The notes beneath the pieces were generated by a model. The model was given only the letters and a program-made list of their open reading frames with translations. It ran no database searches and had not been told where the DNA came from. From Camelus ferus (lineage: Eukaryota), in contig NC_045697.1 in NCBI RefSeq assembly GCF_009834535.1, positions 104,968,001 to 105,032,000 on the forward strand: DNA of 64,000 bases. The letters run 5' to 3'. The stretch's first letter is position 1; each line of letters starts with the position of its first letter. Both the position numbers and the translations under genes were made by a program. Of the stretch, positions 25,261 through 36,520 are shown one piece after another.

Positions 25261-27649
25261 CGGTATTCTTTTAAATTGTTCAAGACATGCATGCATATGA
25301 TACAAACACAAGTTTTACAGTCAGGTCCTTATTTTCCAGAGGCAGGGCATGATTTATTAAAGTCAACCTGTAATTTTAAAGCTTCTTTTTAGACGTTAGT
25401 TTCAGGTTCTGAGCTCAGCTAACTTTTTATTCTCTTTTTTCTCACTTTCATTCTTTCTCAGCAGAGTTGCTAATAAGGAGTAAAACTGACTGGTTTGAAT
25501 TGCACCTTTTCTTATATCTCACTTGTCTTCCGGTGGGAGTGTTAAATAATAGTGAATAAGGCAAATGTTGGAAAGTAGGAGGGGGAAAAAAATCAAGGAG
25601 ACATGAGATGATACCTACATGGGCCCACCGGTTCTTGAGCAACACTGAGTTGACTCTTATTTCATAAAGGAAATGACCAAAGAGGGACCTTTTATTTTAG
25701 AGTCACACCGACTTTGGGGGTGTTTTTAGGAATCAAGTCGTAATATCCAGTCCTGTGTACGTACTGTACTAAACTTTTGATCATTGGGTTGCTGAGTGAT
25801 TATTAATGGGTAGGAAACTGCTGAAGTATTTAGCACATTTTTTTTTTCTTTCCAGAAACAGTTCACCCTTTACTAATGTTAGGCCCCACGTCACGTGGGA
25901 ATGCTCAAAATGGTATACAGTTACAGCTTTCCTAATTTTTACACTATGTAATAATTCTTAAAAATATTTAATTAGAAAAGGAGAAAGAAGATTGTCAAAT
26001 ATCTAACTCCTTTAGTTGGATGTTCACTATTTATATGATGTTTTAGTCTACATTTTGCATTTTATAACTTTACATTAATCCTTCTTGACTGCAGCCTTTG
26101 TTTTGTTTTTTTTTTTTGAAAGTTGTCAGAATCAGAAAAGCCCATGATTTGATCAGGGAGTGATAACTATTTTATCGCAGAGGTCAGAAGATAAAGCAAT
26201 TAAAATCTGTTATTTATCCCTTCTCCATCCCCATTATTTGTAGCTAAGCTTTAGTGAAACTCAAGTTGTGTGAAAAAGAATTATTTTGGAGAGAACAAAG
26301 CGGGGTCTGGGTTTTGCATATTCTGAAAAAGGAAATAAATGAAGAAAGGAGGGGAAAATGCTTTTGAAAGGAAGCAAACAAGGAAGGAATACTAAAAAAC
26401 TATGTTATTGATTATCTCTTAACATACTGAACATTCTACCCACCCCCCACAAAAAAAATCTCTTCTTGTCACCAGGACTTAAATGTTTTTCAGAAGCCTG
26501 AGTCATTTAATTGTCAACTCTTTTTGAAATTTTCAAAATCTTTTTATGTGTTTTTTCTTATTGATGGCAGTTGAGTCATTTTCCATGCTTACCTAGTTTT
26601 GGTTAAGGTATGAATTATTTTTCCAAATTCTTTGGTTTATTATGAGTCTGATAAAAAATTTAAATGCAAATATGTTTCCCCACCCCCCATCCCATTTACA
26701 CCGTAGTCCAAATTAAATTTGACTTCATAAAATCCAGGACAAATTGTTTTTGTTTCAAAGTTAGGTAGACTATTTTCCAAGATCAAAGAACTAGATTGGA
26801 TGATTGGAGATTTTCTTCAGCTCTATGATTTAGTCATGGATCTGATTGAACGAAGTAGTTTGTGGTATCTTTCTTCTGCGAGTAGAGTATGAAACTGTGA
26901 TTTACTAACTCTGGAAGACACTGAGAATTGGTTTCGGTTCAACACTAGGCAGATCAGAAAGTCTTTATTAGAAGTCTGCAAGGCCATTTGCATGAGCCAA
27001 AAGGATGGACCTAGAAGCAGAGAATCCTAGCTGGCATGAAATAGGAGAGAAATCAGATATGGTTTTTGTCATTTTTTTTTTTTTCAACCTCGCGCCCCCC
27101 AGTTTAATTAAAAACACTTAGTATCTTTCCTTTAACAAAGGCTTTAATTAACCTTGGCACGTTTAGCCATACTGCATACACAATGCTCATCTTTTTTCCT
27201 TGTAATATGTGATTTAATGGTATTAAACTTAGTATTTGCAGAATAAAATTCTGGTTACTGCTTAAGGATCTCTGTTGATGATTAATAGGAACTGAAATGG
27301 ATGTGGTATCTAGCTAGGTTTCTTCAAATAGAGCAGCTGTTAAATCTTTACCAAAATTCTTTTACTGTTTTGTAGAGGACTTATTGATCATTTTCATATA
27401 GCATTTCATAATCTCATGAACCTCAAAGCTGCGTAGATTTGGCTAAATCAGTTGTTGTGGAATAGGAAAATATGAGGTAGGCTGCTAAGTGCCAAAAAGA
27501 TAATGAAAAACCAAAGACTTCTTTCTGTTTTATTCTGTGTTTTTATTTCCTTAGAAATAGTACAGTAACTCTAAGAAAGTTCAGTGTGTGTTGTGTGTCT
27601 GTTTTCTCCTGCCTGCTCCAAATTTATCTCCTTGCTACCTCTTTTTTGT

Positions 27650-30600
27650 TATGTAAATTTCAGGTGTACAGCATTGTAATTCGACATCTCTATACACTAC
27701 AAAGTGATCACCATGCCAAGTCTGGTTACCATCCATCACCACACAGTGACCCCCTTCATCCATTTCGCCTATCTTTGTATCCCCTTCCCCTCTGTTTGTT
27801 TTTGCTTCATTTTGTTTGTTTTGTCTTTTCAGATTTCACATATGAGTGAAATCATCTTCTTTATCCATTCACCCATCAATGGACAATTAGGTTGTTTCCA
27901 TATCTTGGCTATTGTAAATAATGTTGCAGTGAAAATTGGGGTGCATGGATCTTTTTGAATTAGTGTTTTTGTGTTCTTCAGATAAATACTCAGAAGTGGA
28001 ATAGCTGGGTCATATGGTAGTTCTAGTCTTAATTTTTTGAGGAACCTCCGTACTGCTTTCCAGAGTGGCTGCACCAAGTTACATTCCCACCAGCAGTGTA
28101 CTAGGGTTCCCTGGCCTCCACATCCTCTGCAGCATTTATTATTTTTTGTCTTTGGTTATAGCTACTCTAACAGGTATGAGGTGATAACTTATTGGGGTTT
28201 TGATTTGCGTTTTCCTAATAATTAATGATGTTGCTTTCATGTATCTGTAGGCCATCTCTGTCTTCTTTGGAAAATGTCTCTTCACATCCTGTTCCCATTT
28301 TTAAATTGGGTTTCTGTTGTTGAGTTGTATGAGTTCTTCACATATTTTGATTTTTTTTGTATTTTGTTCTATTTATGCCTCATTGGATATGTGACTTGCT
28401 AATATCGTCTCCCACTCAATAGGTTGCCTTTTCATTTTGCTAATGGTTTCCTTTGCTGTGCAGCTCTTTTCGTCTGATGTAGTCTCATTTGTTTATTTTT
28501 GCTTTTGTTTCCCTTGCCTTTGGAGTCAGCTCCACAAAAACATAGCTCAGATTGATGTCAGTGAGGTTACCAGCTATGTTTTATTCTAGGAATTTTATGG
28601 TTTCAGCTCTCACATTCAAGTGTTTAATCCATTTTGAGTTAATTTTTGTGTGTGGTGTAAGATAGTGATCTAGTTTCATACGTTTGCATATGGCTGTCCA
28701 GTTTTTCCAATACCATTTATTGAAAAAACTGTCATTTCTCTATGGTATCTTTTTTACTCCTTTGTCATAATTTAATTGTCCATAGATGTAGGGTTTATTC
28801 CTGGACTCTCCATTCTGTTCCATTGATCTGTGTGTCTGCTTTTGTTCCAGTACCATATTGTTTTGATTACAATAGCTTTGTAGTATAGTTGGAAGTCAGG
28901 GAGTGTAATAATATCAGCTTTGTTCTTCTTTCTCAAGATTGTTTTGACTATTTGGAGTCTTTTGTAGTTCCATACAATTTTAGAATTATTTGTTTTGGTT
29001 CTGTGAAATATGCCATTGGCATTTTGATAGGGATTTTATTGAATCTGTAGATTGCTCTGGGTAGCATGGACATTTTAGCAATATTAATTTTTCTAATCCA
29101 TGAGCATGGAATTTCTTTACATTTGTGTCCTCAATTTCTTTCCATTGTCTAATAATAGTTTTCAGATCTTTTACCTCCTTGGTTACTTTTATTTCCATGT
29201 ATTTCATTATTTTTGAAGCAATTGTAAATGAGATTGTTAATTTCTGTTGCTGGTAGTTTGTTGTTAGTGTGTGTAAATGCCACAGATTTCCGTATATTGA
29301 TTTTGTATCTTGTGTCTTTAATGAATTCATTTATTCTAACGGTTTTTGGTGGAGGTTTTAGAGGTTTCTGTGTATAGTATCATGTCATCTGTAGATAGTG
29401 ACAGTTTTACTTCTTTCTTCTGACTTGGATGTCTTTTATTTCTTTTTCCTACCTGATTACTGTGGCTAGGACTTCCAGTACTGTGTTGAATAAAAGTGGT
29501 GAAATGGGCATCCTTGTCTTGTACCTGATCTTACAGGAAAAGCTTACAGCTTTTCACCATTGGAGTATGATGTTAGCTGTGGGTTAGTCATATATGGCCA
29601 CAGTTATGTAAAGGTACATGCCTTCTGTATCCACTTTGTTGAGAATTTTTATCATAAATGGATGTTGAATTTTGTAAAATACTTTTCTGGTGTCTATTGA
29701 GATGATCATATGATTTTTATCCTTCATTTTGTTAATGTGATATATCATGTTGATTGATCTATGGATGTTGAACCAATTTTGCATTCCTGGAATAAATCCT
29801 ACTTGATTGTGGTGTAGGATTCTTTGAATATATTTAGTGTATTGTTGGATTCAGTTTGTTAATACTTTCTGAGGATTTTTCCATCTATGTTCATCAAGAA
29901 TACTGGCCTGTAGTTTTCTTGTTTTGTGGTGTCCTTGTCTGCTTTGGCATCAGGGTAATGCTGGCTTCATAAAATGTGTTTGGAAGATTTATCTTCAATT
30001 TTTTGGAAGAGTTTGAAAAGGATAGGTATTACATCTTCTTGGAGCATTTTGTAGAATTTGCCAGTGAAGCCATCAGCCTGGGTTTTTGTTGGGAGATTTT
30101 TGATGACTGTTTCAGTCTCCTTACTGGTAGTTGATCTTTTCAGATTTACTATTTCTTCATGATTCAGTCTTGGAAGATTGTATGTTTCTAGGAATTTATC
30201 CATTTCTTCTAGGTTATCCAATGTGTTAGCATAGAATTGTTTGCAGTAGTCTCTTAGGAGTCTTTGTATTTCTTGGGTATCAGTTGTTACTTCCCGTTTC
30301 ATCTCTGATTTTATTTAGTTCAGTCTTCTGTTTTTCTTGGTAATATAGCTAAAGGTTTGTCAGTTTTGTTTATCTTTTCAGATCTAATGTGTTATTTAAA
30401 TTCAATGTTTTCGTATTGATTTTCTGTCTGGATTATCTATACATTGTAAATAGGGTGTTAAAGTCCTCCATTATTATTGCCTTTAATTTCTTTATGTTCA
30501 TTAATATTTGCTCTATATATCTTGTTAATCCTCTTTTAAGTGCATATACATTTCTACATATTTTATCTTCTTGATGGATTGACCCCTTTATCGTTATGTA

Positions 30601-33000
30601 ATGCCCTTTTTTGTCTTTTATTACAGTCTTTGTTTTAAAGTCTGTTTTGTCTGGTATGAGTATAGCTTCTCCAGCTTTCTTTCATTTCCATGTGCATGGA
30701 ATGGCCTTTTACATCCCTTCACTTTCAGTCTGTGTGTGCTCTTTCTTCTGAAGTGAGTCTCTTGTGAGGCTCTCTTGGGCAGCATAGGTAGGATTTTTAT
30801 TTTTAAATGTATTCAGCCACCCTGTGTTTTAATTGGCAAATTTGGTCCATTTATATTTAAAGTAATTATTGATAAGTATACACTTATTTCCAGTATGTTA
30901 GTTATTCTCTGGCTGTTTTTGTAGTTCTTCTCTGTTCCTTTCTCTTCCTTTGTGTCTTCGTAGTTTTCTTTAGTGTTATGTTTAGATTCCTTCGTCATTT
31001 TCTTTTGTGTGTTTACTGTAAGACTTTTTTTCTTGTGGTTACAGTGAGGCTTACATATAACATCTTATGTAAATAGTACCCTGTTTTAAGTTGGTAGCAA
31101 CTTAAAGCTTTGGAATGTGTTCAAATTTCTTTTTACTCCTCTCATCACATTTTATGCTTTTGGTGATATATTTGACATCTTTAGACTTCGTGCATCTCTT
31201 AACTAGTTATTTTAATTTTAGTTAATTTTATTATTTTTGTCTTTTAACCATCATTGTTAGAGGTTGATCCATTACCTTTCTTATATATTTATCTTTTCCA
31301 GTGGCATTTTTACTTTTGTGTTTTCTTATTATTAATTAGTGTCATTTTTTTCAGCTGAAAGAAATCACTGTAGCATTTCTTGTAGGGCTGGTTTAGTGGT
31401 GATGAACTCCTTTAGCTTTAGCTTATCTGGGAAACTCTTAATCTCTCCTTCAATTCTGAATGGTAACTTTGTGGGTAGAGAATTCTTGGTTGGAAGTTTT
31501 TCTGCTGAAAAATTAGCTGATAGCCTTATGGGATTTTTCTTGTATGCAACAAGTTGTTTTTCTTTTGCTGTTTTTAGGATTCTCTCTTTATTCTTTTTTT
31601 TCCCCATGGTTTGCTACTATTTTATTCCATGCAGATATTTGTGTGTTATCACTGTTTATACAGAAAAATCTTTACAGCAAACATGTGGTTTTTACCTTTA
31701 GAGTAAGGTTCAAACTCATAGAATTCCAAATAGTTTTGTTAAAAGACCTAGATGCTGTCTGGGCTGGCATGGTAAAATTGAGACTTCTCACTCATCAATA
31801 CTATAAGTTAGTTCCATGTGCTAACCTAAGATGGTTGCCAAGAAATATTATCCAGTGAAAAAATTGGCTGTGGGGTCACATATATGATCTGATTCCATTT
31901 ATATTCAGTCTATAACAGCTAAAACAGGTTTCTTCTGTACAGCACAGGAAACTATATTCAATATTTTGTAATAACCTTTAATGAAAAAGTATGAAAATGA
32001 ACTATATGTGTATATATATATGACTGGGACATTGTACTGTATACCAGAAATCAATACATTATAACTAAGTATACTTCAATAAAATCAAAAAAAAAAAAAA
32101 AAAAAAGAAAAGGAAAGGAAAAGAAGAGGCTTCCACTCAGGGAATGAGAGAGGACTACATTGGTTTCTATTCTTCACTGATACACACGTGTAATCTCTTT
32201 ATTCTTAACTTTTACCATTTTAATTATAATGTGTTTTGGTGTGTGTCTCTTTGGTTTCATCTTGTTTGGAATTTTTTGGGCTTCCAACCTGGATGTCTGC
32301 TTCCTTCCCAGATTAGGGACATTTTCAGCCACTATTTCTTCAAATAAGTTTTCTGGCCCTTTATCTCCTTCTTTTCCTCCTGGGACCCCTATTATGAATA
32401 TTATTCTGCTTGATGTTACCCAGAGGTCCCTTAAGATATCTTCACTTTTTTTTTTTTTTTGCTGCTCTGCCTGTGTGAATTCTATTGTTTTGTCTTCCAG
32501 CTTGCCGATTGTTCTTTTGCCTCATATAGTCTGCTGTTGAACCCCTTCAGTATATTTTTCAGTTCAGTTATAACTTCTGTTGGGTACTTTCTTACATATG
32601 CCATCTTTCTGTTAAAGTTCTCATGATGTTCATCGACTCTTCTCCCAAGTTCACTGAGTATCTTTAGGACCATTATCTTGAACTCCCTATCAGGTAGATT
32701 GCTTATCTTCGTTTCTTTTAGTTCTTTTTCTGAGGTTCTAGTCTTGTTCTTTCGACTGGAACGTGTTCCTCTGTCTCCTCGTTTTGTGCCTTATTCTGTG
32801 TTTGTTTGTATGCATTCGGTAAATCAGCTGTCTTTCTCATCATGGAAGAAGCGGAGATGCCCTGTAGGGCTGAAAAGTGCACTCATGCCTGGCCACCAGA
32901 GCCAGGCACTCAGGGAGTGTCCCTATGTGGGCTGCATGTGCTCTCTTTCTGTGGTGGGAACGTGGCTGTGGCTGCAGTGTCTGGTAGATGGGGCTGGCCC
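27650..33000 (-). mobile_element. Long decayed LINE-1, antisense to ARHGAP10: 5' UTR, ORF1, ORF2 (EN-RT-CCHC) and 3' UTR, with internal deletions and a nested insertion
   Basis: Minus-strand ORF fragments in the right order. ORF1: 32482-32673 coiled coil; 31365-31607 KERILKTAKEKQLVAYK...FITTKPALQEML. ORF2 start: YLSIITLNING (~30850). ORF2 body: 29967-30302 LDNLEEMDKFLETYNLPRLN; 29584-29784 [21 protein letters not shown] motif decayed to SLSTDDMI (consensus SLFADDMI) at 29378-29401. CCHC region [26 protein letters not shown] at ~28060-28135. Many stops and frameshifts. Confidence 0.95.
31596..32193 (-). mobile_element. Nested TPRT-type insertion of a polyadenylated, largely non-L1 sequence into L1 ORF1; contains a + strand young L1 3' end at ~31920-32106
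   Basis: Perfect 13 bp TSD tctctttattctt at 31583-31595 and 32194-32206. T tract next to the left TSD and a minus-strand AATAAA ~20 nt inside it. L1 ORF1 sequence resumes collinearly on both sides. Confidence 0.82.
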
Positions 33001-33102
33001 CGGACCCTTTTTATATAAAGAGGGACTGTTGTGTTTATTGTAATGTTCCCATATACAAGGAAAGTACATGAGGCTATATGAGGTATATTCTTTGCCATTT
33101 TT

Positions 33103-33259
33103 TTGTACATTTAATTTTTTATTGAAGTATAGTCAGTTTACAGTATTGTCAATTTCTGGTGTACAGCACAATGCTTCAGTCATAGATGAACATACATATA
33201 TTTGTTTTCATATTCTTTTTCACTCCAAGTTACTACAAGATATTGAATATAGTTCCCTG
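33103..33259 (-). mobile_element. Short young L1 3' end
   Basis: ttttattgaagtatagtcagtttacagtattgtc...agttccctg. TSD ttctttgc(c/t)attttt at 33088-33102 and 33260-33274. Confidence 0.88.
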
Positions 33260-35797
33260 TTCTTTGCTATTTTTTTCATTCAAGGCAGGAAAAAAAATTT
33301 TAAAGAAAGTTTGGGGAGTGAGAAGATTATCATCTGAGTTTTGACTAAGCTCTCTCTTCCTTGATGCTAGCTCTAATTTTAAACCAAAGTAGACAGTCAC
33401 AGGACTAGTTTTTATTTGTATCTTCTTGGGTAATTAGGTATTCTGTGCCGATCTTCTTCTGTACATGATTTGGCAGTTTGTTTATTTAGACAACAAAAAA
33501 ATATGACTTATAACGAGTTGAAAACAAAATCATCTTGCAAGCCAATTGGCAGGATTTAATATTATTTTAGAGTAGTTCTTACTTGGTTATCGTTAGGTTG
33601 GCACTTTCCCACTTGGATCCCGGATGTGCTAACTGCAGCACATTTGTTGAACATGTATTATTGTGGTCCTACAGTGCGGTAGATATCACGACGAAGATGC
33701 AGAGCCTTGTAAACAAAAAAGCAAAAATACGACTGTTGACAGGAAGATGGTTTAATGGTGAAGCCTGACCATTTTCCTTCTATCTTAAAGGAGAAACCCT
33801 ATCCTGATAGGCACCAGTCTCTAGCATCAGAGTAGGACAGATCTGTCTGTAGGAACCAAGCAGACCCTGGTAAAAGGCTGGTTGAGTAATCTAAGCTTTG
33901 GTTGATGTAGGCTTGAATCAGCACTAGGATTTGAAAATAAAATGGATATCTGGTAGAGATGTCAAAGCAAGTTGTTGGGACTTCTTTACTGACCCAGTGT
34001 GGAGGATGAAGGCAGGTGATCAAAACAGAGGTCGTCAGGCGCACTTTAGGCTCATCGGTAAATCTGCCCTTGTTTTATGTCTTAGTTGTGCCCTGGGGGG
34101 TTTTTAAAAACAAATATTTAGACCATCTTTCCACCAAATAGAAGAAAATGTCTTGTTTTATTAGTATCTTCAATGCATATTGTTGCATATAACTGTTCTA
34201 TAAAATAGGTTTCATATAAATAGTGTATATGGAAAGTCAGTGGACAGAGAAATATTAAATAATGACTAAAAATGTTATGTCTTCTTAGAGAAAAAATAGT
34301 CTCCTAGTTGTGAACAGTGTAGAGTTCAGAGACATATATCCACGTTCATTCATAGGCGTATGTAAAGTATAGGAGGAGGCCACCGCACTGAAAGATGTTT
34401 GTGTCATCAGCAGTCAGGGGCCAGTAGCTGACCGTCCTGGCGGCCGGCTGTGTTCTTGCTCATCTCTGTTCCCTAGAGAGTTACTTTAGAAATCACCTTC
34501 CTGAAAACATGCTTTTGTAAGTGAGTTGTAACTACTCCATCCTCTCTTAAATTGTATCAGGACACGTATTTGTGAGAAGAAATGTGTGTAAAACCATTGT
34601 GGACGTGGATTCTTAGTGACCTCCTCCAGCTCTTGACCTTCCCTTATATGTATATCTGTCTGATCAGCTTGCACAGAATTATAATCCACACATGTATCTG
34701 GCCACAAGCAGATCTTTGTCTTATGCTTGGCAGTCTTCTCTGGATTCTTACCAATTTTTTTGCATGACACCCCATGGGTGGGCTCTGGATGATAACTTCC
34801 CGAGTGTCGAGGTCTCCTGCCCCTTCTTCAGAGTAAAGTCATGATTCCTTGGCGTGGAATTGCTGTGTTGTGAAGTTAAATCTAAGACCAGGCTTGGATC
34901 AGGAATGGTGCATGTAGACAGATTATTTCTGAACTCGCTTTTACAATGATGAGATCAATGGGTTGGAAAAGGCTGCCAGAAATGGCGGGGCTGTGATGCA
35001 GTTGTGGTGTGCCCATAAATCATGCACGTTGCCTCCCCTGCTCTGGCGTTGCCCCAGGCGCCTCCCCGAAACTCAGCCCCTCTAATGTCAGTGACAAAGC
35101 ACACGGCAACTTCTTAGATGAACTTCCTCTATAATCTCAACTGTGCTTCTGTGTGGGATGAACATTTCCCCCTTTCTCTGGAGGGGAAAAAAAAAGCTTA
35201 GTTAATGTCTTAAAAAAATTACATAGCTGCTTCTGTGGTGAAAATAAGTTCATGGCAGGTAACTAGAATTTATAGACGAGAGAAAAATTCTTTAAAGCTC
35301 ATCTCCCTGTGGTGTGGGTTTTTCCTTCACTTCTAATAGGTCCTATTTTAATTTCTGGTTCTGAATTCAAGCAGCTGTCAACTTTCTTTGTAGCCCTTCT
35401 TTGAAACTCTTGCCGCGTAGGAGGTAGCCGGACTGTCTAAGAAACATTTTTTCAAACCAACCAAAGTATTGTTTATCCTGAATGAAGTAGAATTTTTAAG
35501 GCTGTCAAGAGTGACTGATGGGAAACGTTTTCTTTGGTAGCCAGGAAGATGAACAGAAATCTTGAAAGGGAAGGTATTATCTCAGTGCAGCCAATTCCAA
35601 ACAACTTCTGTTACTCAGAAAACTCTTGTGGACCATGGTAAAAATTACCAGGAGATTAAAGTGTTGTCTACCATTAATATAAGCAAACTGTGGCCAGTTT
35701 ATTTTATTTACTGAATCCTTACCAGCTGTTGAGGAAAAAGGAAATGATGTGAGATTGAGTCAACTGTGTGTTACAAGTTGTCACTCATTGCCTTTTA

Positions 35798-35896
35798 TTT
35801 TATTTTATTTTGATGGAGGTACTGGAGATTGAACCCAGGACCTTGTGCAGGCTAAGCATGTGCTCTACCACTGAGCTACACCCTCCTCTCACCCAC
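35798..35896 (-). mobile_element. tRNA-derived camelid SINE (Vic-1-like)
   Basis: atggaggtactggagattgaacccaggaccttgtgcaggctaagcatgtgctctaccactgagctacaccctcc. TSD ctc(a/g)ttgcctttta at 35784-35797 and 35897-35910. Confidence 0.9.
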
Positions 35897-36329
35897 CTCG
35901 TTGCCTTTTATGAACTCTGGGTTGCAGCTCTGCAGCCCGGCTCCTTCTGAATGCTCATTCAACTTCCCATGGCATCCCTGCGTGTCTTCTGAGCAGTATT
36001 TAGAGGGATCCAATGTCATCCTTGGATGGAAAAAGAAATCTTCAAGCTTATTACAGTGAATTATTCGGCTGACATTTTGCATGGACTAATATTTGTTCTC
36101 TCAACTCAGCAACGTGATATTTTTTAGCTTGAAATGTGATTATAATCATGGTCTTATTTTTCCCTTTGGATCAGAACAGAAATAGTGATTCCTTAAGGCT
36201 CTGTTTATTATCTTAGTTACTTTTAAAGGTGGATCCTTTTTTAAAAAACTTGTAATAGTGAATATGAGAACAGGATGCAAAATTTGGAGGGTCATAAAAG
36301 TATACAGTTACATATACCATACCATGTGC

Positions 36330-36520
36330 CAGCTACTGGTTTTAGCAGTATCTGTCAAACTTAGCTAATCCTTCTAACAGTCCTATAGGTAACAGTAATA
36401 CCCATATTTTATAGTTCAGGAAACTGGGCTCAGAGAAGGTCAGTAGCTTACCTGTATCTCCCAGCTTGTCAGTGCCACAGCCGGGATTGCCCAGTCTGGT
36501 CCCAGAGTCTTGGCTTCCCA
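36330..36520 (-). mobile_element. MIR-like SINE; similar fragments near 780-835, 13320-13560, 20230-20400, 20720-20860, 38430-38600, 56295-56400, 57370-57550 and 59690-59800
   Basis: Core motif cccatattttatagttcaggaaactgggctcagagaaggtcagtagctt (consensus cccattttacagatgaggaaactgaggctcagagaggttaagtaacttg). Confidence 0.65.

Noticed and set aside
25430..25461. Strong + strand pyrimidine tract with AG
   Set aside because: Followed quickly by stop codons with no good donor nearby; no exon can be defined.
27829..32673. L1 ORF1/ORF2 fragments as functional genes
   Set aside because: Multiple stops, frameshifts, deletions, a nested insertion and a decayed RT motif (STDD instead of FADD) indicate an inactive element.
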